In this document: positions 1 to 11,421 of the stretch, piece by piece
How the letters are laid out: each line of letters begins with the position of its first letter
How positions within the stretch are numbered: the first letter of the stretch is position 1
NCBI GenBank assembly: GCA_025594325.1
Contig: JANHCV010000006.1
Span: forward strand, 1,922,001 to 1,986,000
From: Blastocladiella emersonii ATCC 22665
Lineage: Eukaryota; Fungi; Blastocladiomycota
Length of the DNA: 64,000 nt
Reading direction: 5' to 3'
Translations under genes and position numbers: made by a program
The notes under the pieces: generated by a model
Seen by the model: only the letters and a program-made list of their open reading frames with translations
The model's database searches: none
What the model was told of the DNA's origin: nothing

Positions 1-775
1 CGCTGCTTGCATTCTTTCGTGCGGGGGCCCCTTGTTCGCGCGAGCTCGCGCGAGCGTGCGACTCACCGCACCGCCTGAATGACGACGGCCTGAATCGCTA
101 TGGATCGTGACGCGACTTGTCGCACTCGACCTCATGGTCGTCGACGGAGTGGGCGGTGTGTGGCGGCGGCATGCAGACGTCGAACTCTTTCTGCCTTCGA
201 TTAGGGTCGCGGACGATGTGGCAGCGCTCACGCCCTACTCGCCATGCAGTCGCTGATGATCGGGACTTGGCAGGATTGGCGCGTCGGCCGAGTTGCTTGG
301 AGGGCGTGCTGGGAGCGACGTCTCGCTTAGCGAGAGCATCGGGCGCTCGAGCAACGGCTTCGTTCTTCTCTGCTGTTAGGAGAGCGCCGGGATCGTGCGC
401 GAGGGCATCACGCGCTCGTACTGCTTCTCTATGACACGCAGCGCAGCCGGTGCTCCTCAGTTTGCAACCGAACATGGTCATCCTAGCTTGGACGACGACG
501 CACGAGCGTTCGAGCGGCGGTAGAGGCAAATTCCCTTGGTAGAGGGTGTGAGCGAGAGGCCGGGCCGCTTCGCTGCGGTCGAGCACGGGAGCACAGACAC
601 GGCGTGCAGGATGCATCACCGAAAGCGCGTCGACGAGGGCAAGGCGAGGGCGCGAGGCTGACCGACTGATTGCGAGGCTCAACGGAAGCGGCTGCAGCCA
701 CGGACGCTCGCTCGCCGGTCGCAGATCCAAACCAAGCTGTATATACACGACAATTCTCACTCGAATGACGCGGCA

Positions 776-2066
776 TCAGAGCAAGCCGGCGTCCACGAGG
801 TTGTTTTTCATGATGATATCCCGGACCGCCGCCATGACGAAGCGTATCTGGGTCGTGTCGGTGGCCATGGTGAGGTGAATGTACACTTCCTTGCTGTCGG
901 ACCGGTTGAGCTCCTCGAACTTCTCCTGGAAGAAGGCGCACGCGAGGTCGTAGCGCGGGCCGCCCTCGTACTCGGGGAACTCGGCCTCGATCGGCGACAC
1001 GAGGATCTTGTCCTTGAACAGGTCGATCTTGTTGAGGAACAGGATCATGGACGTCTTGGTGAACCACCGCGAGTTGCAGATCGACTCGAACAGCTGCAGC
1101 GACTCCTTCATCCGGTTCTATAGACGCGAGTGTGGTTAGCACACCGTACGCTCGCGCGGGGGTCATGGCCGTGGCCGCGTCCGCAGTGACGAACGCACCT
1201 GGTTCTCGTCCTCGAACAGCCGCTGGTCGTACTCGGAGAGCGCCGCCATGTACACGATGGCCGTCACGTTCTCGAAGCAGTGGATCCACTTCTTGCGCTC
1301 GCTTCGTTGTCCGCCGACGTCGAACATGCTACATCGGATCGCACACGTCAGGTTCGGATCCTCAACGCGCCAAGGAACGTGAGTAAGCGCGTACCGGTAG
1401 GTCGTGTTGTCGATCAGGAACGTGTTCTCGACGATGCCCGTCGTCTTGACACGAGACCGCAGAATGTCCTGGTCTGTTGGCGTGAAGCCCGGCTGCGTGA
1501 TCCGGTCAATGTGCTCAAAGTAGCTACACGGGTCCGGCGGTGCTCGCGTCAGTTGTCGTCGACCCACCGCGTCCACGAACCGCGCGGCAAACGTACTATT
1601 TGGTCGAGTCGTTGAGCTGGTACTCCTTGGATCGACTGAGCGCCGTCTTGACGCCCTCGTCGGTGAGCAGCGCCTTGATGGTGGTCACGAGCGCCGGGTC
1701 GACGGCGGCCGGGTTGACGGCCTTGGCGAGCTCGTGGAACGTGTCGACGAGCGGCGCGGCCGTGGCCTTGTCGCCAAACTCGATTTCGAGCCGGGTCATG
1801 CCCTCGAGGATCGCGGACACGCTCTGGAGCAGGTTTTTGACGATGACCTCGCGGATCGAGACGCGCTCCGAGTCCGAGAAGCCGACGCCGTGGATCAGCT
1901 GCATCTGCTTGAGGATCGTCGACTTGCCGCTCTCGCCCGTGCCGAGCAGTAGCATCTTGATCTCCTTCTCGATGCGCTGCTTGTCGTCGCGCAGCTGCTT
2001 GTCGATGACGTCGTTCTGCTCCCGTTCCGGCGTCACGGGCGCCTCGGACGAGGCGAGACACCCCAT
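776..2066 (-). CDS. Heterotrimeric G-protein alpha subunit, 4 exons (2066-1597, 1523-1395, 1328-1199, 1117-776)
   Basis: MGC lipidation start, GTGESGKS P-loop, [14 protein letters not shown], NKxD (FLNKID), and ATDT. Three GT-AG introns (1524-1596, 1329-1394, 1118-1198) restore one frame. Confidence 0.96.
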
Positions 2067-3404
2067 GATGGCGGCAAGTAGCGTTGATGGACGATGCGCG
2101 AGAGGAGGCGGAGAGTCGGAGCAGCGAGTAAGGGAGGATTAGGGCGATACAGGTCCGACAGAGCCAGAAGAGGCGGGCAAGGTAGGGGTAGTCACGGTGC
2201 GCGCTGCCGTGATCAGCGTCAGGGGGTGATGCTGAGGACCGAGCAGGGGGTCGAGGGTATCGCGGGCTGCGAGCCAGCCGAGACCAGAGTCGCAGGTCGC
2301 GCTAATAGGCCGATGGATGGCGATGGTCGGCGGCCGAGGGCGACGAGTTCATGCCGCAGCGGTCGCGGGCTCCGTTTGATCCGTGTTGCACCGAGTGTGC
2401 GGTGACTTGGTGAAGATGTGCTCCGTGGATACAGATCGTATGGCGTAGTATCGGGGCGAGCGGTGCGCGCGCTAGGTGGTTCTCCCGCCGACAAGATTCG
2501 GTCGATTGCGCCAAGTGGGACGCGCGCGCGCGCGCCGTGTCGAAGCAGGTGTGCGCGGTGTTCGCCGTGCGAGACAATGTATCTCCCGATCCGATGAATT
2601 GCTGCAGCGAGTCGCGCTCGCATGCATTTATTTTTTTCGCGCGCGCGGATTCGATGTCTCCCGTGGTTCGCGGCGCACCTGCGAGACGCGTCGCGTCGTG
2701 AGACATTTGGGCGCGCTCACGTGTGCGATCAGCTGATATCGCGTCGCGTCGATTATCGCCTGGCGCCGCCTGCCACGCAGGACCAGGCACCCCTGAAGAG
2801 TTGTGGGTGCATGACTGGCTGCAAAAGACTTCTAAGATACCGCTTCAATCATAGCGGCTGTCTTTCAGTGGTAGAAAACGCTCGACTGCAAATCTGGCCG
2901 TTCCCGTAGCCTCAGCGTGAGACTATCACGGACTTGCCGCTCGAGAACTCAAGCTGGCTTCCCGCACACGATGCAATATATAGAGTACTTGCGAGCTGCA
3001 CTTGCGCGAGCTGTTTGAGTGCGCCCCTGGTCATTGAGCAGCGTGCGAGGCCGCAGCCGTCATCAACGCCGCTCGTTGGCGGCAGGAGCGGTAGGAAGCG
3101 CCATCGGCGTGATCCCTGGTTTCTTACTGGCTCAAGAGGACCTCAGAGGTTGCACGGACGGTCCCGATCTTGGCCGGCCGTGACGCGGTACGGAGATGAT
3201 GGCCGTGAGCGCGACCACGGACGGTGGCCACGAGCGCGACCACGGGCGTATCCCCCTTCTCCCCACGACCGTACCTTCTCACCGACAGCATAATCAGGTC
3301 GCAGGACATCAAGGCAAGGCGGTGGAGTGGTCAAAATAAGTGGAGATGCATTGGATAAATGAAAGTCAAAGGACGCCGACCATCGGCAACCACCTGGCGA
3401 CCAT

Positions 3405-4583
3405 CTACTCGCGCTTGAGCTTGCGGGCGGCGGCAATGGTGGCGCGACCCGCCTTGTGGGCCTCCTCGGAGCGGCCCACGCGCGACTGAGGACCGATATC
3501 GTCGCGCATGATGAAATCGTAGATGACCTTGCACCAGGACGTGTGGTACGGGATGGTATCGTAGATTTCGGGTGCCCGAGCGCGGAGGAGCGGCAAACGC
3601 GACCAGGGGATACTCATATGATCGTGATGCTCGTTGTGAAACCCGATGTTGAGGTACGGGATGTTGCCGGAGCCGTAGTACGAGTAGGTCTCCTGGCCGT
3701 CCTCGAACGAGTAGTGCTCCTGGATGAAGTGCGCCGCGCCCGGGTGCAGGCCGTAGCCGAACCACAGCGACAGGAACAGGTAGAAGAAGCCGCGGCCGCC
3801 GCAGAAGTGGTAGACGGCGAGGTCGGTCGAGATGGTCCAGATCCAGTTGATGATCTCCCACTTCTGCGGGGGCTTGAGCATGGCGGCACCGCGCGCGACG
3901 TACAGGACGGGGAAGCAGAAGACCCACAGCGCCTTGAGGAACTTATTGCCGCGCACGAGCTTGAGCTCGATGCCGAGTGGCAGGTCGGGGTCCACGCCCT
4001 CGACGCCCTGGTACGCGTGGTGGATCAGGTGGTAGCGCCGGAAGCTGCTCGCAATAGGCACGATGAGGCCGACGTTGGCAATGAGGCCGAGGATGCGGTT
4101 CGGGAAGTTGGCCTTGAAGGCGAGGTTGTGGGCGCACTCGTGGATCAGGACGCCGAAGAGCGCCGTGATGGAGCCGCCGACAAAGTAGGCGCACACGAGG
4201 AAGGGGAACCAGCCGGCGTCGCGGAAGTAGCCGTCGGGGGCGCCAAAGGCGTAGGCGAGGGCGAGCTGGATCGAGACGGTGGCGACCGTGATGTACTTGG
4301 TCTTCCACTCGGGGCCGGCGAGCTCCTTGACGTCGGGGTGCTTGTCGAGCAGGTACATGGCGCGCTTGCGGTGCGGCTCGTCGAGGTCGTCCTGGGCAAT
4401 GCCGTCGTGCACGTAGGGGACCGACTTCTCCCACTCGCCGAGGTACGTCGGGTGGCGCACGTCGTAGATGGGCGTGTCCGACGAGTCGGACAGGGCGACG
4501 CCCTCGTCGGTCTTGCCCGTCTCCTGCATGCGCAGCGTGCGCGCGAGCGTGTCGGGCAGCGGCGGGTTGGGCAGCGTCGTCAT
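3405..4583 (-). CDS. DES1: Sphingolipid delta-4 desaturase (DES1/DEGS family), 392 aa
   Basis: N-terminal PHRKRAMYLLDKHPDVKEL motif and three His boxes (HECAH, YHLIHH, HNEHH), plus QETYSYYG. There is a probable 5'-UTR intron at 4593-4657 (GTACGA..CTGAC..TAG). Confidence 0.93.
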   Translation of the reverse strand: MTTLPNPPLPDTLARTLRMQETGKTDEGVALSDSSDTPIYDVRHPTYLGEWEKSVPYVHDGIAQDDLDEPHRKRAMYLLDKHPDVKELAGPEWKTKYITVATVSIQLALAYAFGAPDGYFRDAGWFPFLVCAYFVGGSITALFGVLIHECAHNLAFKANFPNRILGLIANVGLIVPIASSFRRYHLIHHAYQGVEGVDPDLPLGIELKLVRGNKFLKALWVFCFPVLYVARGAAMLKPPQKWEIINWIWTISTDLAVYHFCGGRGFFYLFLSLWFGYGLHPGAAHFIQEHYSFEDGQETYSYYGSGNIPYLNIGFHNEHHDHMSIPWSRLPLLRARAPEIYDTIPYHTSWCKVIYDFIMRDDIGPQSRVGRSEEAHKAGRATIAAARKLKRE

Positions 4584-5715
4584 GGCGGGTTGCTACAGAA
4601 GCGCCCGCGCGTGTCAGGGCCACGGCGATCCCTCGTTCACAGTCCGGTTTCTCGTACCGAGCAACAGGTACGAGCAGTCGGGGATCAGTCGGATCCGAGA
4701 GAAAGTCGGTGGGGTCGGCCGCGCGCGCAGGGTCTCGGCGGCGAGATTCGGCGAGCGAGCGGGCAACTGGTCCTTCTTGGACGCCGCAGACGGTGGTCGC
4801 GGACGTGGACGGGAAAGCTACGTGGCAGACAGAGTCTTGGCAGAGGACCAACAACGGCGACCAAGTAGTCGGGACAAGGGAGGGGAGAGGGGAGCGGGGG
4901 CGGGGCGCGCGGGCGGCGGGCGGCGGCGACCAGGGTGGCGACGCAAGATTCCTTGGCGGCTGGATCAGCGCCCGAGGCAGCCGATGCCGCCTCGACCGCA
5001 TCAGCCTCCGCCACGTTTCCGCCTCCGGGCGCCGGGGCCGCGTGTGACGTATGAGGATCCCCTTGTGCCCAGGTGATCTCACGCGCCGCGCGGGAGACAA
5101 AAGTGTCTCGCACCGCGCCGCAGCGCCACCACGGAACCCACGACGCGATGGACGCGATGGACGCAATAGCCGATGACGAGACCTTCGCGAGGACGCGTCG
5201 CATGGCAGTCCCACTCTAGGAACTGTCAGAAATGAGTCTGGTCCTGTCCCGGCGCCGCGAAAACGAGAACGAGCACGCGTCTGCTCCGACTCCGCGATCC
5301 TGTGGTTGCCTCGGCCGACACTCGGGCGGGCTTCCGTGAAGCCAGGAACTCTGGGGGAGCTCTCGTTTCGGTAAATTGACGCAAACTCTCCCAAAACGTG
5401 AGCCGTACAGCTCGTGGCGCGGGAGTAAGGACATTTCACGAGGCCCGTTCTCTCGCTTCGCGATCGTGGTCCCCTGGCGCGTTGAGTTGCTTCCGGCCAA
5501 ACTGAGAAGAGGTTACACGCGTTTTGGAGCGATGTGTGTGTTGGCAAAACTGATTTAAATCATCCAAGGACGAGCCAACGCGCTCAAAAGGTGAGATTGA
5601 CGTCGAGTTTGACCCATCCTCATCTGAGATGAAGCGGTCTCCCAAAGCTCTGAGGGCACTCTCGTTCCAACCAAGGTACAAGTTAGTTGAACTATATTCG
5701 AATCAAGCAGAAAGC

Positions 5716-8139
5716 TCAGAACTCACAGTGGGCCGCAATCATGATGGCGTCGCTATACTCGCGAGACGCGACCGTCGTGGGCGCCGCGCGCCGGATCTCG
5801 CTGATGCTCCCGCGAGCTGCGTCAGTGCGGTTCCGCCCCGCCTTGACAACGGTCTGGGCGATCCATACCGCGCTCTTGACGCCGTCGAGCGCGCCCGACG
5901 GTACAATCCGCCAAAACGAGGTCGGGATCGAGCCATGCGGCCCGGCCGCGCCAGCGAGCGCGTCGAGCACGGCTGCGAGGTCCGCTCGAATGAGCGCCTC
6001 GACCATGTTGCGGCACGGGTGGATCATCGCGTCGCATGCAGACTTGCACGCCCCGCTTGGAGGTTGCCCAGTCGTTGGGTTCACCGGAAACTGGAATGAA
6101 AGGTCGGTGATGGAGGCGAGTAGGTTGAACAGCGGGACAGCGGCCGTGGCCGAGAGCCGTTGGACAGCACGCGGGTCAAGGGCGAGCAGCTCGCGAATCG
6201 TCTCGATCCAGACTCGCTGACCTGTAAGCTGACACTCGCCGCAAGTCGTGCTGCACAGCGAAGCCAGAGAAAGTCGATGCTGGCCGACCCGGTTGGACGA
6301 CTGCGCGAAGACCATGGCGCTGAGGAAACGGTGCACGCTGTCGTGTTCCATCATGAGCCGGATCGAGTAGTCGCGCGTCAAACGGCTCTGCAGAGCGGCG
6401 ACAGGAAGCCAAGCAAGCGCGGCGCACACCGAAGTCGACAGCTGGATGACGACCAAGTTCGCAAACATGTACACGTCCCACAGGTCGGCGTTGAGGTCGC
6501 TCGAGAAGACCGCCGACATGACTTTGCACGCGTTTTGGTCGGGACAGGGCGGGCGATGGATGCAGTCCGGCGGGTGGGGCTGTTCCTCCTCCTGCTCCTG
6601 CTGTTTTTGAGGTTGCCGAATCTGCTCGAGCAAGACCGGCACGAGCGAATGGAGCAAAGGATAAATCTTGTCGGGGCGCTGCTGTCGAATGAAAGCGATA
6701 ACACGCTGCGGAACCGGTAGGTCCGGCTCGAGCTGGAGACTTTCGCGAAAGACTACATGTGGGATTAGACTGCGCAAGGTGGGACTGCAAGCTCAGTGAG
6801 AGACCGTACCTCGGGCTACAATCACTTGGAATCGATCCCCAATAATTTGCGCGATAGTGGTCGCAAGAGAGCTCGATGGACCACCATTCTCGTCGAGTAG
6901 CTCTCCCATGATGACGGAGGACCAACAGGAAGCGTTGATCAAACCGAAGCTGTCCAATTGCTCCAACAAGTTCGGCCTGATAGGCATCTTGAGCTCGTCC
7001 GCGACTTGGTCCAAGTCGCCGTCCTCGATTCCGCTCGTGGCCAAGCGCGGCTCATGCTTTACAAGCTCTAATAGCACAGCTGGCGCGCGCGCGAGATGCG
7101 CGAGAAGGTGCATGTCGTTGATTACGATGCGCTTGTTTGTCCACGACTTTCGGACTAGCCACAGGAGAAAATGGACCGTGTCGTAGATGCCGTTGCTGTC
7201 AGGAGACTCTGATTTGATGGTTTGCACGGGAGCGTCGGAAGGGATAGTTCCCAGAAGCGGCTGCGCGATGACGTCGTCCGTCAAGATGTTCGCGAGCCAT
7301 TCGAGATCGAGACCATGAGTAGGAAGATCGCCGAGAACATGCACTGTGGGCAGATGCCGCAGGAAGGCCGCGTAAAGCCCGCTAAAGCCGATGCAAGAGA
7401 AAGTCGACAACCCCTTTTCGTGGAGTGATGCTTGATTGCAGATCAGCTGGTTTGATTGGTCGGTTTGTTGCGCCCAGAATCTAATCGAGAGCTCGAGTTT
7501 GAGGAGACTGGGAATTCCCTGCGTAGTCGCCCGCAGGAGGCGAGCAAGGGACTGCGGATCGAGCCAGGCGACGGCGAGTACGAGAAGCTGGCAGAGTTTG
7601 CGCACGGGAGAAACTTCCTTGAGTAAGTGGGAGTGTTGCTCCACAGCGTGATCAACGACTCCTGAGCCCTGAAAGCTGTCCAGGTCTAAGTAGTCAATTG
7701 ATTGCTCGAGTTTCGCAGCAAACACACGCAAGTTGGCCTCGTGCGGGAGCAGTGCCAGCGATGCCGCCGGAAGCAGGTGTTCGAGAAGCACAAAGTACAG
7801 CGAAACAACACGGTCGTATCCCAGTATTCCAGGCGCGACACGACGGTTTTGGCGCGCGTAGTCGTACTCGAGGAGCGCTCCGCTGTCAGATGGCCAATAG
7901 CACAGATAGTACTTGCGGACCCATCCGGGTGAAGGCGGCCCGTAATCAAGGATACGGCTGACCCAGATACGTTTCACGAGCGGAGATTGCGCGACGGCAT
8001 GAAGATCGCGAGTTGTCGATCCAATGACGGTTTGAGGGCGAGCGAGCTGCAGGATCTGGGCAAGTATCTCGGCGGGGACCATAGAGAAGCCGCTGTGCTG
8101 ATCGCGTTGCAGCGAGTCTATTTCATTAGTTTCGTTCAT
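5716..8139 (-). CDS. Uncharacterised ~790-aa protein with an N-terminal F-box-like motif; track ORFs 6793-8139 and 5716-6777 are two exons of one gene
   Basis: Intron 6753-6809 (GTACGG..CTAAT..TAG, 57 bp) joins the ORFs in frame (..VAR-V-FRESLQ..). FSMVPAEILAQILQL resembles the F-box LPxEILxxI motif. Codon usage is visibly less GC3-rich than in the core genes. A GTGAGT/CTAAC pair at 5726/5682 may indicate a further 3' exon. Confidence 0.6.
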
Positions 8140-8492
8140 AGTTCATGGATCGTGCGAGCTGAGCGGAGAGCAAACAATTATTTGCCGCGATCAAAGTATG
8201 CCGCCACGCACGTGAGTGGCGCAACGCGGCCTTTGCGGGCAGTGCGACCTCCCATTCAGCGGCTCGCTGACGCGCGGGCAATGACGATTACCCTGACACC
8301 ATTTAAGATTATACTTGAGGCACCTAAACGCTTCGCGTTTGGTTTTCAATCGAGGGCTAAAGCCCCCGCCACGTATGGTGCACAAGTGGTGGAGGTGCTG
8401 TCGCGTGCGTCCCGCACAGGAGATTTAGGTGATCGAGCTATGGAAATCGTGCTATTGATGGATTAGATGATGGAATACACTACGTTAATACT

Positions 8493-11421
8493 CTACTGTG
8501 TTTTCTGTTTCTTGGCGTTCTGTGAGCCGTCCTCGCCTCCAGCGCGTTTGTTGGCCAATCGCCGAAACCTTGCGTTGAGAGCATCGGACGCGCGCTTGGT
8601 GGCGACTAGCTTCTCAGCCGCGTGCTGACGCGTGAAGAGAATCGCGTCGTCGAGGAGCTTGGCGATGCGCGGGTCGCATGGTGCGATGGCTGTACCTTGA
8701 TCGAAAGCGGTCTTGGTCAGCTCGTCGAGCATCTGGAGCCGCTTGTCCTCGGCCACTGCGAGTGGATCCGGCTTCATGGACTTGAGCACGGCTCTTGGGA
8801 TCGGCTGAAGCACCCACAGGTACTTTGAGCGACGAAGCCGCGATAATGCCAAGTACAGGGAAGCGCCGCTGATGAGAAGACACTCCATGCCCGCGGGACG
8901 CGGATCTGCCAGGGCGAGTGCATTCTTGGTCACGCCTTGAACCCCGTGGACCGTCATGGCGAAGGCTAGCACCATCGGGTACTGCTCAATGTGCGCGACG
9001 ACATGATTAGGATACTTGCTCCTGTTGGTCTTGGTGTTGTTGACAGAGCGGGAGCGAATCCCCCATTGTGCTGACGACCCGCTCTTGCGACGTGGAACCG
9101 CCCGCCATGTACAGGAAGTCCTTCTTCTCCACGGCAAGCGGGATGACCGTGTCAGGCCACGCGGCCGGCATGCCCGGGAAGCGAGGGCCACAAGGAGCGT
9201 CGGGCAGGTCGATCCACACGTTGAGTGGAGCGCGGGATGGCCGGTACATGTTGGACGCGGTTCGCGTGAACGTGGTCTCGGGCTTCCAGTCGATGTGGTG
9301 CACGACGCCAACCGCACCGTTCGCGCACGCCTTTGCTACGCACTGGTTGGTCTTGACGCGCATCTCCATTCCGACAAAGAGCTCGAGGATGGCCGGCAGT
9401 TTAGTCGTGGTTTCTGGCACTCCTCCAAGGCGGAACACGTCCTTGCCGCAGCTGGCAACGCGTTCACGCGTGCGGCGCCTATCACGCGGGCGCGTGATGT
9501 TGCCCTTGATCTGGAACACGATGCGGTTTGGGTTTGCTGCTGCGAGCCGCGTGTAGAGCAGGTTGAAGGCGTGGCGCGTGTGGTTGTCAGGCGCGATAAC
9601 CGTGAGTCCGGGCTTCTTGAGGATCTCCTTGAGGACGTTGTTGCCGTTTTCGTCGACCTGCTGCTGAAGCTGAGCGGTCGTACGCGAGTTGATCAGGTCG
9701 CACAGCGTGTCCGACGCCTCGACGAGGCGGAGCGCGTCCCTTTCGTTGCCCCATGGTGGATCATTGACAAATCGGTTGCTCTTCACTAGACGAACAGCGC
9801 GTGTAGTGCGCCAGTACGCGACCTGGCCTCGATCCACGTGCTCGGGGACCGTCAATTGATTTGACGTCATGCGCAGGTAGAACGAGTCCGGCGCGTCGTT
9901 GAGCACAGCGGGCACCTTGTACAGGGCAGTTCCGTTGACGGGAGGCAGCTGTAAATGATCGCCAGCGAGCATGACGATGCACCCGCCGAATGGTTCGTCG
10001 CACCGCCGCAGGAGGCGCAGGTTCGCGTGGATACGGCCGAGTAAAGTCGCGTCGCACATGGGGAACTCGTCGATGACGACGCCGAGACGCCCTTTCCACG
10101 CGATGGCAACCGCAGGATCGGTACGCAAACGGGCCACGTCGGGGCTGTTTTCTTTCGGCCTTGGCGAAAAAGAGAACGCGGCGTGGATGGTCGTAACGCC
10201 AATGTTGGCGGCCGCGATCCCGGTCATGGCCATGACCATGAGGCACTTTTCCTGGTTCCAGGACGCGAGGAAGTATCGGATTGCATCGACGACGCGCGAC
10301 TTGCCCGTGCCGCCCGAGCCGGTGAGGATGATCGGCGTCCGGTCCTTGCTCATGGGCAGGAGGGCCGTGGTGCGGAGTGCATGTTGGACGCCGTCGCGGC
10401 CCAACATGATCACGCTCTGCTCGGCCGAGGCCGCAGCGTCTGCGATACCCGCGTTGCCGCAGATGAAGGTGTCGATGAGCGGCATGAGGAAGAGCACGAA
10501 CGCGCGGTGCTGCTCTTCGTTGAGGTTGAACTTGAGCGAGACCTGCGCGAGGCTCGCGTACGCGGGCGTGTGCACAGTGCGCTGCTTCCCGTCGCTCCAC
10601 TCGTCGCCGCGTGTGTCGTAGGCAAAGTTGCTGATTGAGTGCGCGGCCTTGGTGACGAGGAACCGCGCGTGCGCGTCAGGATCCGTTGGCGTGGTCGTGA
10701 AGGCGCTGCGCCAAACGTCGACGGCTGGTCCGAGTTCTGGTTCGGGCACGTCGACGGCCATTTCCGGGTCGATACCATGCTGAAATGTGTTTGTCGAGGT
10801 TCCAGGTGGCACTGCGGGAACAATACCGATCATGGGTGGCTGCCCGGGCCCGGGAACGACAGGTACGGCGCCGACATGCGCGGTCGGATGACCTTGAGCC
10901 GCGGCAGCGCATAGTTGAGCCATGATCTTCTTGACGTCAGTCAGCGAGATGGGTGTCTCGAGGTACGGCGGCGGCGGAGCGGCGTTGACATCAAACGGCT
11001 GCACGTCAGGGAAGAGCAGGGTGCCCATCATGCCGTGGCCCATTCCAGGGATCAGCGTAGAGGTCACGCTCTCTATGCGCTCGAGGTTCGCCTTGGTTTC
11101 GCCGTCGTCGGCCAGGATGCCCTCCACGTCCGAGTTGACGATAGTCGGGTCGAGAACAATGTCATTCTCCGACTGACCGACGACGCCAAGCACGGGTCCG
11201 GCTCGCGCGACGCTGGCGGCACCGCGACGGCCGCGGTTCCTCTGCGACGTGAACGCGTCGGACTCGTCAGAATCCGACGACGACCCGGGCTTCCCCGGCG
11301 ACGAGGCCTTCCCCTCGGCAGGCGTGCCGCGCACGATGAAGGGCATGCGGGCCGAGCTCAACGAGGCCACGGAGGTGTACCACGAGTGCATGCGCGACGG
11401 CCGCGAGAACTTTGTCAACAA
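8493..11421 (-). mobile_element. PIF1/Helitron-type SF1B helicase, frameshifted, with no Rep (HUH) domain visible; true start uncertain
   Basis: LNEEQHRAF, LTGSGGTGKS (motif I), AMTGIAAANIGVTTIH (Ia), VIDEFPM (II), GDHLQLPPV (III) and the NGAVGVV region lie in ORF 9007-11421. QYPMVLAFAMTVHGVQG and LYLALSR (V/VI) lie in ORF 8493-9317, in a different frame. Confidence 0.7.

Noticed and set aside
98-760. 220-aa minus-strand ORF and possible exons near 67-190
   Set aside because: There is no recognisable domain and it has a non-ATG start. A GTGAGT donor at 66 hints at a gene leaving the window, but no consistent frame could be built.
4685-5203. 172-aa minus-strand ORF upstream of the desaturase
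   Set aside because: It overlaps the promoter and 5'-UTR region, is low complexity and shows no family signal.
5211-5260. CTAG at 5216-5219 as the 3' end of a minus-strand Helitron
   Set aside because: The flanking base is not the expected T, and there is no convincing hairpin at the right distance.
7987-8466. 159-aa plus-strand ORF
   Set aside because: It is antisense to the start of the F-box-like gene, has a non-ATG start and shows no motif.
8982-9112. Intron explaining the helicase frame break
   Set aside because: The GTACAT donor is phase 2 but the available acceptors need phase 0. The only phase-0 option is 31 nt, well below the other introns in this window.
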